From Pseudomonas phage PhiPA3, in sequence record HQ630627.1: 64,000 nucleotides of DNA; one strand, given 5' to 3'. Positions 27,267 to 35,149 of this stretch are shown piece by piece (positions within the stretch are counted from its first letter, which is position 1; each line of letters begins with the position of its first letter). The position numbers and the translations under genes are program-made. The notes beneath the pieces are model-generated. The model was not told the origin of the DNA and did not search any database. It was given only the letters and a program-made list of their open reading frames with translations.

Positions 27267-28275
27267 ACTGGCAGAGAACGCTAGTACTGATAGCCCATTT
27301 GACCAGAGTTATTTTAGTTATGGTCAGACTAATCCTAACCAAAGCTTCCGTTTCGGCGAAGGTGAGGTTGAACGTAAGGTGCGGTTTATCAATGAGTCGT
27401 TCCATGATCTTAGTATTATTGACGGAACTGGTATGACTCTAGATTTGCCCGCTTCGCGTACAGCCGGATCTCGCCTGGTTGTATGCGTTTCTTACCGATG
27501 GGGCCATCAGGTACAGTTTAATCCAGCCGCCATGCTGAAGCATGCTCCACAGGCAGATGAATTGTACGTTCGTAAAATCACCAGTCTAATCCGTAATACA
27601 GATAACAATAGCCCTAGAGAGCTGGATCTGTATTACGTGGTCGACCTGGGGAGTCTTGATAAGGATCCTTATGGGATCTGGATTGAGCCGTTAAACGTTC
27701 AGGTCGTTATGACCCGTTATTCCAAAACCACGACGTTCTTCACTCAGGATTGTTTCTTCAATCGGAATGATGAACTCTACGAGATGGAAGAACGCGTGTG
27801 GGCAACGACGGTTACTCTAGCTTACTTTGTGGATGACGCTAAGATTGTAGAGAAGGCATATGTGCCTATCGGATCGGACTTGCTCGAAGTCTCTCCAGTC
27901 TATCGTCCGGATGTTCCTCGTGGAATCTATATCAACCTTCGGGGAGATGTAAGTTTTGCGGCAAGCAAAAGTAATCGCCGTTGTCTGCACGTTAAACCAG
28001 AAGAGTTTCAAAAGTACGGCATTTATCGCACGTGCCGGGATTGGGAAGAAGCAGTGAAAGCCAGTGCGAAGGGGCTTAGTAAAGATGGCGTTAAGGCAAT
28101 CATGGATGTCTTCCAGGAAGTCCACGGAATCAAACCTGAGGAAGATAAACCGAAGGCTGCGAGTATCCGTGACATTGTGATCGTCGGGGAATACACGATT
28201 GGTAGTGTACTAGACTTCATGGGCGAATTGGCCAAAGCAGACTCCATACTCGAAAAGCTATTTAAGAAAAGGTAG
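27235..28275 (+). CDS. hypothetical protein (346 aa)
   Basis: Long ORF. Confidence 0.5.
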   Translation: MVSINRSNAARLAENASTDSPFDQSYFSYGQTNPNQSFRFGEGEVERKVRFINESFHDLSIIDGTGMTLDLPASRTAGSRLVVCVSYRWGHQVQFNPAAMLKHAPQADELYVRKITSLIRNTDNNSPRELDLYYVVDLGSLDKDPYGIWIEPLNVQVVMTRYSKTTTFFTQDCFFNRNDELYEMEERVWATTVTLAYFVDDAKIVEKAYVPIGSDLLEVSPVYRPDVPRGIYINLRGDVSFAASKSNRRCLHVKPEEFQKYGIYRTCRDWEEAVKASAKGLSKDGVKAIMDVFQEVHGIKPEEDKPKAASIRDIVIVGEYTIGSVLDFMGELAKADSILEKLFKKR

Positions 28276-28286
28276 GTAGGACCAAG

Positions 28287-29909
28287 ATGGATCCGTTTCT
28301 CAACCAGAGAATCAAAGAAAGGACCCCAGAGTTCAATAAGACCCTTGCCAACGGTCTTGCGATTGAGCACATGATGGGCCTCAATGAGGCTGGGATCAAC
28401 AACACCCGAGCGCTGATTGATAACCTGTTCCAGATCAACTCCGCGCTCTTTCCGGAGGGTTTTAAGTATCACGGTAACGTTGTTGTACGGGCTGAGAAAC
28501 ACTTCGAAGAGATCACACGGGAATACGGTTCGCGGCGCGTTGCCAACATCGCGCCATCGAATCTGTACATGATCGCTTTGAAGACCAGCTTTAAGGGCGA
28601 AGAACTCTTCGATCGCCACATGTTGATACCTTTCGTTGAACAAGGTGGTACGACTGTATTGAACGGGGCGCGTTACGGGATCGCCCCTGTTCTAACTGAT
28701 GTGGGTTACTCAGTTCTGAACAACAGCATCTTCATTCCGTTCCGGCGGGCGAAGTTGACATTCAAACAGAAAGACCACCATTATTTGTGCAACGGTGATT
28801 TGCAGATCATGTACGTGATCTGGTCACAGATCCACAACGAGATGTCGAAGCGAACCAAGCGAGATCTGGACAATCGCCAATACATCGAGTCGTGCCTGGC
28901 ACATTACTTCTTCTGTGAATTCGGTCTGATTGAGACCTTCAAACGTTGGGGTAATGCAGATCTGCAAATCGGGTATCTCAAGGATTTCCCTGAGAGCCAA
29001 TACCCACGTGACCAATGGTGCGTCTACGAGTCAGCGTTCCTGACGGGTAAACATCCCACTGGTGACATGGTTCTGGTTATCCCACGTCATCAGGAAACTG
29101 ATTTCGTGAAACGCTTGGTAGCTGGTTTCTGGTATGTGGTCGACACGTTCCCCAGTCGGTTCTATGAGCCGAGCTATCTGGATAACAAATCGATCTGGCG
29201 TATCATCCTCGGCTTGATGATCTTTGGTGACTTTGAACACCAGGGTAAACTGGCTGAGAACATTGATAACCATCTGGATAGTTTTAACAACTCACTGGAT
29301 GAGATGACCATCGAGGAGCTTCGCTCGGTGGATGTCAATGTCAGCACTATCTGGGAACTGTTGTATGCCATCATGACGCACTTGGCACATCACCTGTATG
29401 CCACGGATATCGATGAAACCAGTATGTACAACAAGCGGTTGAGCATCCTGCGTTACGTAATGGATGAGTTCAACTATGCCGTAACCATGTTTGGTTTTAC
29501 GTTCCAAGCCAGACGTGATAAGGATTGGACTGCCCAGGAAATCAACGATGCCCTGAAACGTTCGTTCAAACTCAATACCTGTATTCGCAAACTCACCAGC
29601 GAACACGGGGAGATGGAGACGATCAGTATGCCTGGCGACAATAAGGCTATTAAGATCACCTCTATCTTGGTACCGCAAGATCGTGCTAAGACCAGCAAGG
29701 CGCACAATAAGTCTCTTATTGGCGACTCTACCAGGCTGATCCACGCATCGATTGCGGAGGTCGGCCAATATAAGAACCAACCGAAGAACAACCCGGATGG
29801 TCGTGGCCGACTCAATCTCTTCGTAGGTGTACGATACGATGGGATGATTGAACGGCGCGATGACGATCGGGAATTATTGGACGCCACCCAAAAGCGTTTC
29901 GCCCGTTAA
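28287..29909 (+). CDS. hypothetical protein (540 aa)
   Basis: Long ORF with an AGGTAGGACCAAG ribosome-binding site. Confidence 0.55.
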   Translation: MDPFLNQRIKERTPEFNKTLANGLAIEHMMGLNEAGINNTRALIDNLFQINSALFPEGFKYHGNVVVRAEKHFEEITREYGSRRVANIAPSNLYMIALKTSFKGEELFDRHMLIPFVEQGGTTVLNGARYGIAPVLTDVGYSVLNNSIFIPFRRAKLTFKQKDHHYLCNGDLQIMYVIWSQIHNEMSKRTKRDLDNRQYIESCLAHYFFCEFGLIETFKRWGNADLQIGYLKDFPESQYPRDQWCVYESAFLTGKHPTGDMVLVIPRHQETDFVKRLVAGFWYVVDTFPSRFYEPSYLDNKSIWRIILGLMIFGDFEHQGKLAENIDNHLDSFNNSLDEMTIEELRSVDVNVSTIWELLYAIMTHLAHHLYATDIDETSMYNKRLSILRYVMDEFNYAVTMFGFTFQARRDKDWTAQEINDALKRSFKLNTCIRKLTSEHGEMETISMPGDNKAIKITSILVPQDRAKTSKAHNKSLIGDSTRLIHASIAEVGQYKNQPKNNPDGRGRLNLFVGVRYDGMIERRDDDRELLDATQKRFAR

Positions 29910-29934
29910 CAATTAAGCAATAGGAATACACCAG

Positions 29935-30720
29935 ATGCAAAACATGAACCTTCCCCATTTCTCCCAACTCGGTCTGCCGGTACCATTTCACGGCGTCGAC
30001 CAGAATACCTTCAATGGTAATCTGCCAGCAATGAATGATAAGGTTCCTCCGGTACAACTGTCGCAGTTGATGATGCAGAATCAACAGGCAGTTTATCAAG
30101 TCATTGCGAAGTTTCGCCTCAACGCGCAGATGGCTGTAAACAAAGGCTATCTGCAAATGTTCTGCTACAACCTGTTGTCGCAGAATGGTTTTCAGAATCC
30201 GGTGTATCAACAATGGGCTCAAACTGCGGTGGACTTCTTTGAGTTCCTCGTAGTGGGTAAAGGGTATCAGCCTCAACAAGCGATTGATATGGCTGCACAA
30301 CGTGTCATGGAAGCTTTCATTGGCATGGCGTTCGCTACCTATCAACAGGGTCTGTCGCAGCTGGTGGAACCCTCCCGTATCCCCAGTCTGCAAACAGCAG
30401 TCCAAATCTATCATCAGATCACTGCGGATATCCAACGTTTCAAATCGGGTGGTGGCATGGCAATGAACATGGGGGGTGCTCCCATGGGTGGTGTCAGCAT
30501 GGGTACTCAGCTCCCCCCGATCAGCACTGTCGGCGGCACTCCGATGGGTGGTCTTAGCAATTTCGCTACCAGCAGCGCCCCTGCGTTCAGCAGTCCGCTC
30601 CACTCCATGTCCAACAACACGCCCGCCGCAACCAACACCAATAACACTGGTAGTGCCTTCTACGATGATCCTCCCCCCAGCGAAACCTCTTCAACCTGTA
30701 GAGGAATGGGGTTCTGGTAA
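29935..30720 (+). CDS. hypothetical protein (261 aa) with Q/N/G/M-rich disordered C-terminus
   Basis: ORF preceded by AATAGGAATAC. It may continue by frameshift into the next ORF. Confidence 0.5.
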   Translation: MQNMNLPHFSQLGLPVPFHGVDQNTFNGNLPAMNDKVPPVQLSQLMMQNQQAVYQVIAKFRLNAQMAVNKGYLQMFCYNLLSQNGFQNPVYQQWAQTAVDFFEFLVVGKGYQPQQAIDMAAQRVMEAFIGMAFATYQQGLSQLVEPSRIPSLQTAVQIYHQITADIQRFKSGGGMAMNMGGAPMGGVSMGTQLPPISTVGGTPMGGLSNFATSSAPAFSSPLHSMSNNTPAATNTNNTGSAFYDDPPPSETSSTCRGMGFW

Positions 30721-30766
30721 TCAAGCAGGTAACAACCAATACGGCACTTATTCGGAGCCCGCCACA

Positions 30767-32026
30767 ATGCAAAATCAACCCCCGCAACAACCGAATGCAC
30801 CTGTGGTAGAAGAAACGAACCTCCCGATCCCAACGACTGTGAAGGAAGTTCAAATCGATCCGTCGTATTACCAGCCCGCAGGTTCCAAACCGAACTTCGA
30901 GCGTCCGTACGATCTGATCTGGAATCCGGGTGGTATCGAAATTCGTCCGGCCCATCAGACCGATTGGGAACGCACCGTGGGTGATGATACTCCGTACTCG
31001 GAGCTGCATGACCCAGCTAAGTGGTGCCTGTTCTATGTGAAGTTCCCTGATGGCGCCATCAAAGAAGCTTTCAAAGAATGGAATCCTCAGATGGAATACC
31101 TGCGTCACGAACTGAACGATGATCTGCGTCGTCAAACCTATCGTCCCTCCGGCGTGGTCTATGCGAACGATACTCCGGTATCCACCGTTGGTGGTAACCC
31201 CAACAACATGGCAGAAGTTGAGTCCATGGTAAAAGATGGTACCCTGCCGGAAACGGGCGCACGTTCTCCTCTGATCCTTGATCGGAAGCTCTATTTGGGA
31301 GCAACTGAACTGGAAGTGGAGGCCATGGTACGAGCTGATGTTCGTGAAATCCTGGAAGTGGAAGATGTTAATGCTGAACTGCCTGCTTATGAGTACACCA
31401 CTCTGAACATGCACAGCATGGATATTTCTGACGAGCTGTACAATGAACTCGTTGGTATCCTGTCTTCCACTGACATGATTGAGGTGGCTACTCGTCTGAA
31501 GGAACTGGTGCTGCGTGGTAGCCTGTCTATCCGCTACTTCCGTTTCCTGAATGAGCGCCTGACCAAGTGCATCAACGACTACATGGCTGATTCCATGTCC
31601 ATGTCTATCGATATCACTGATTTCTGCCAAGACATCGGTGAGCTGCTCGATTACATCGCCCAGAAGAAAGGTCAGCAGATGCTGAAAATTCTGAAGGATG
31701 GTGGCGCAGCCATTATCGGTAAAGCAGCTACTATGGTTGAAGTCGATGGTGATCGTGGTGTTGCTGATCAACTCGTTACTTTCCAAACGGGCTGGACTCT
31801 GGAACAACTGTCCACTCTGAACATCCTGACTGAGAAAGCGGTGCTGGTTTCTGGCGGTACTCATCCGACCGTTCTGGAAATCCTGCGTGGTATGATCAGT
31901 CGTTCTACTCAACAAGAACGTCTGCTCACCCATCGTCTGCGCATTGCTACTCTGGATGGCGTGTATCTGGAAGTGATCAAAGGTCAGCTGGCTGAACGTG
32001 CTGTTCTGCTCAAGCGCCTGAAGTAA
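30767..32026 (+). CDS. hypothetical protein (419 aa; or C-terminal part of a frameshifted fusion with 29935..30720)
   Basis: ATG 30767 with a GGAG ribosome-binding site. The track ORF in the same frame is open from 30476. Confidence 0.5.
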   Translation: MQNQPPQQPNAPVVEETNLPIPTTVKEVQIDPSYYQPAGSKPNFERPYDLIWNPGGIEIRPAHQTDWERTVGDDTPYSELHDPAKWCLFYVKFPDGAIKEAFKEWNPQMEYLRHELNDDLRRQTYRPSGVVYANDTPVSTVGGNPNNMAEVESMVKDGTLPETGARSPLILDRKLYLGATELEVEAMVRADVREILEVEDVNAELPAYEYTTLNMHSMDISDELYNELVGILSSTDMIEVATRLKELVLRGSLSIRYFRFLNERLTKCINDYMADSMSMSIDITDFCQDIGELLDYIAQKKGQQMLKILKDGGAAIIGKAATMVEVDGDRGVADQLVTFQTGWTLEQLSTLNILTEKAVLVSGGTHPTVLEILRGMISRSTQQERLLTHRLRIATLDGVYLEVIKGQLAERAVLLKRLK

Positions 32027-32049
32027 TCCGCAATATTGCATCTGGTATT

Positions 32050-32078
32050 GCCCCACCTTCGGGTGGGGCTTCTTTTCG
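32050..32078 (+). terminator. hairpin gccccacc-ttcg-ggtggggc + TTCTTTTCG
   Basis: GC stem with a UUCG loop. Confidence 0.65.
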
Positions 32079-32090
32079 TCTGGGGGTTAA

Positions 32091-32600
32091 ATGAAACTGA
32101 TCAAACAGGAAGACGGTACGTTTAAGGCGATCGTCGAATGGGAAGTATTGAGACAACACATGGTGGAATCCCTGCGGTCCGATCCGTTCATTCCAGATGA
32201 ACTGAAAGACGCCATCGTGGAAAGGAATCGTCAGAAGAACTTGCTGACGATCTTCGAGAATTCCAGTTTGCGTAAACGAATTGATCTACAGTACATGCTC
32301 GCGGAGTTCAATACACCTGATCTCCAGCACTATTACAAAGCATACGAGCGAGCAGCTCGTCTGATGTACACGGATATCAATCGTGGCTGTGCCGCGGTGA
32401 CTGGTTATGAAATCATTAATAACAGTGCCCTGATGCTAGGTCCGCGTTTAGAGTTCAACCTGTCTGGGGCAGGCTTCATGGCTCGTGACATGTATCGTGT
32501 TTACGACCTGGGTGTTGAACTTAACCTTGATTTCCGCTTCATCCTCAACCAAGACTTCGATCTCTTCGACATCTATGGCGTTGACATACGCTTGGGCTAA
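32091..32600 (+). CDS. hypothetical protein (169 aa)
   Basis: ORF with a GGGGG ribosome-binding site. Confidence 0.5.
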   Translation: MKLIKQEDGTFKAIVEWEVLRQHMVESLRSDPFIPDELKDAIVERNRQKNLLTIFENSSLRKRIDLQYMLAEFNTPDLQHYYKAYERAARLMYTDINRGCAAVTGYEIINNSALMLGPRLEFNLSGAGFMARDMYRVYDLGVELNLDFRFILNQDFDLFDIYGVDIRLG

Positions 32601-32614
32601 CTAGGGTAATAACA

Positions 32615-33025
32615 ATGCTACAAACCGATTATGGAGTAAAAACGGAGTTTGTTACACTCGGTCGTTTACCCAAATGGATGCTTGATGCCGAGGGGATGGG
32701 TAAGGTAACTGATCAAATTCAAGCGGGTAAACTGCTATGTGAATTCGGCCATCCTGATATCGCAGGTTTGGATGACCATTCGATTGTTAAACGTTGCCGT
32801 GATATCAATTACAATCGCGTGTGTGCTCAGACCATCGGTATCACGCCGGTGTATGTGAATGCAACCTTGCAGGGATATAACGTCTCCGTACAGCCATGTG
32901 GTCCCATGCACTCTCTTTTGGAGACGGGGAATTATCGTCTGGGTGTTCGTGGGTTAAAACGAGAAGACGGAGAACTCGTGGAATTGATTACGTTCGACGT
33001 TTTACCGGTAAAGAATCGTAATTAA
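32615..33025 (+). CDS. hypothetical protein (136 aa)
   Basis: ORF. Confidence 0.5.
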   Translation: MLQTDYGVKTEFVTLGRLPKWMLDAEGMGKVTDQIQAGKLLCEFGHPDIAGLDDHSIVKRCRDINYNRVCAQTIGITPVYVNATLQGYNVSVQPCGPMHSLLETGNYRLGVRGLKREDGELVELITFDVLPVKNRN

Positions 33026-33038
33026 ACCGGTTTAAAGC

Positions 33039-33060
33039 CTACATTACAAATGAGATGTAG
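33039..33060 (+). promoter_or_regulatory. early-promoter-like motif CTACATTACAAATGAGATGTAG embedded in inverted repeat gcctacat...atgtaggc
   Basis: Fourth copy of the motif, 26 nt before ATG 33086. Confidence 0.4.
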
Positions 33061-33085
33061 GCTAACCCAATCTAATGATCAAAAG

Positions 33086-33766
33086 GATATTCTAATGCAA
33101 GCCATGATCAACGCTGTTCGTCGTATTCCGTTCTTCCGTTCGGTTGATAGCAATGCGATGGAACGTGAATTCTTTTCCACTATCCTCGATGACGATTATA
33201 GCGTCACTGTCATGGATAAGAAGGAGCCCATCATGAAAGAAGTATTCGCGATGGAAGATCTGCCTAGTGTAGGTGATCCCAGCCTCGTGTACAAGGTTAC
33301 CTCCACCTCGGACATGTTCCGTTGGGTTAACGGTCAATACGTCACCTACAACCCCTATCTGGATCCGAAGGAAATACATGATGAACGGGTCATGTTGATT
33401 GATCCATATGCTAACATGCCCTCGATCTCGGAAGACAAGCTCAAGGCCGGCGGCGACATGCGTTTGTCGATGATCTACAACGTGCAAGCTCTGCGTGAAG
33501 ATCTTCGCCGACTCAACGAACTGGGTGTAAACCTGGAAGTCTTGATTGATCGCAACCTGCGTCAATCTGGTTATGACACCCCGTCCACTTGGCTGATCCA
33601 GAACCATACCCTGCTCGTGCGCCAACTACGTTCCATCATGAAAGGCAAGAACAACTACGATAAGCATGTCGTAGAGGGACTGGCTTTGCAAGGCGTAGAT
33701 GTGTGGTATGACATCAAAACTCAACGTGTTGGTTTCCGTGATGGATTGTTTGTGGTAGCGGTATAA
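33086..33766 (+). CDS. hypothetical protein (226 aa)
   Basis: ATG 33086 with an AAAAGGA ribosome-binding site, in frame with track ORF 33050. Confidence 0.5.
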   Translation, partial: DILMQAMINAVRRIPFFRSVDSNAMEREFFSTILDDDYSVTVMDKKEPIMKEVFAMEDLPSVGDPSLVYKVTSTSDMFRWVNGQYVTYNPYLDPKEIHDERVMLIDPYANMPSISEDKLKAGGDMRLSMIYNVQALREDLRRLNELGVNLEVLIDRNLRQSGYDTPSTWLIQNHTLLVRQLRSIMKGKNNYDKHVVEGLALQGVDVWYDIKTQRVGFRDGLFVVAV

Positions 33767-33790
33767 GCCTAGTGATAATGACGACATAGA

Positions 33791-33833
33791 GCCCCTCCGT
33801 AATGGAGGGGCCTTATGCCGTTATTTTTTTTTA
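33791..33833. terminator. bidirectional hairpin agcccctcc-gtaat-ggaggggcc + CTTATGCCG + T9
   Basis: It lies between convergent genes, the + strand gene ending at 33766 and the minus-strand gene ending at 33831. Confidence 0.6.
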
Positions 33834-34313
33834 TGTTTCCGCAAACGTTAATGTAGCTGACGTTGTCGGTAGATATGCCATGGAGCGAGCTGATGGCTGT
33901 AGTGTTACAGTGTTCCCAGTGATCGGTACTTCAATATACTCATCAGGTTCCATTGGTATCCCAATGGTGTCACGCAATACACGAACAACGTCACGGTTCG
34001 TTGCGTATTGTCCACGCTTTCCCGGAATCTTAACCCCACGAAGGTCTTGCTCAATCGGACGACGATTAAAGTTGATAACTTGCGAACCAGTAAAATTCAA
34101 ACTGGTTGAAGTAGCTCGAATCGTTACCCGTGAATTACACTGCCCCTGTAACCAGATTTCAATATTATCCCACGTCACATCACTTAACGTGATGGGCGGG
34201 TTGATCCTGTTAGCTGCATTGAATTCATTGAGCAAAGCTTGACGAACATTCTTAACATGCATAGCCCACCTCAGTCGTAATGTATCAACAATTGCCCCAC
34301 CACATCCAAACAC
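33831..34313 (-). CDS. hypothetical protein (160 aa)
   Basis: ORF, part of a minus-strand island. Confidence 0.45.
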   Translation of the reverse strand: MFGCGGAIVDTLRLRWAMHVKNVRQALLNEFNAANRINPPITLSDVTWDNIEIWLQGQCNSRVTIRATSTSLNFTGSQVINFNRRPIEQDLRGVKIPGKRGQYATNRDVVRVLRDTIGIPMEPDEYIEVPITGNTVTLQPSARSMAYLPTTSATLTFAET

Positions 34314-35146
34314 TTGGTAGAACTAAGCTCTATAACGAGCACCATGCGTTTATCTTTGCGTGGGGTATACCGAGGTAGGGGGATGCCATGATAAACCACC
34401 TTGAAGCGTTGCTGGCCGTTTAAAACGTCATAGCACACATTGTGCGATACGGCTGATTCAGAAGTGGTCCATGGTTGTCCTGTGACTTTCTTCAAGATCG
34501 CTGCAAAGCGTTTGGTATCAGGGAAGAAATCCCCAACCTTAATGTTCTTCAAGTATTCACGATGAGGCGTGAAGTCATACCCGGTTACATAGTACGTACC
34601 AGAGATCTTAGTGCCATCGTTCCCTACTGGGAAACGGTTGGCGGTAGGAAACTCTAGTTGAGTAGAAAATGTACCTAGGTCTTTCTTCAGCGTATTCGAC
34701 AAACGAATTTTGAGAGAACCCACCCAACGTAGTGATTTAGGGTTTGCTTGAATAATGTATTCCTGCCCATATCGGTCCATCTCGAAATGCACAAGGTCAC
34801 TCACGTCGAAGACGATATCGTTCAGTTTTGCAATATCTGCCGCAAACTCTACAGTGGTGTAAGGTAGACGCTTTCCAGCGATGGTTTGTGTCCCAGACTG
34901 CCTAAAGAACGTAGCCAGATCTAAACGATCGTAGGTGTATTCAGTCAGTTCAACTTCCGGTAACATATTACCAGGACTGGTGCTACGATGGACACCAATC
35001 TTGATACGAGTCTTGGTACCGCCTAACGATTCGAACTCTTCCAACGTCGTGCTACCCGGAAACAACTGGGTTAAGCACGCCTCGTTGATCATGTCGATAA
35101 TGGCCGTCCAAGGAGAAGATTTAAGATAGTCCCTGGTGATGTACAT
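34271..35146 (-). CDS. hypothetical protein (291 aa)
   Basis: ORF. Confidence 0.5.
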   Translation of the reverse strand: MYITRDYLKSSPWTAIIDMINEACLTQLFPGSTTLEEFESLGGTKTRIKIGVHRSTSPGNMLPEVELTEYTYDRLDLATFFRQSGTQTIAGKRLPYTTVEFAADIAKLNDIVFDVSDLVHFEMDRYGQEYIIQANPKSLRWVGSLKIRLSNTLKKDLGTFSTQLEFPTANRFPVGNDGTKISGTYYVTGYDFTPHREYLKNIKVGDFFPDTKRFAAILKKVTGQPWTTSESAVSHNVCYDVLNGQQRFKVVYHGIPLPRYTPRKDKRMVLVIELSSTKCLDVVGQLLIHYD

Positions 35147-35149
35147 GTG

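Noticed and set aside
30587-32056. 489-aa minus-strand ORF antisense to 30767..32026
   Set aside because: Antisense artefact. The + strand gene has a ribosome-binding site and a terminator.
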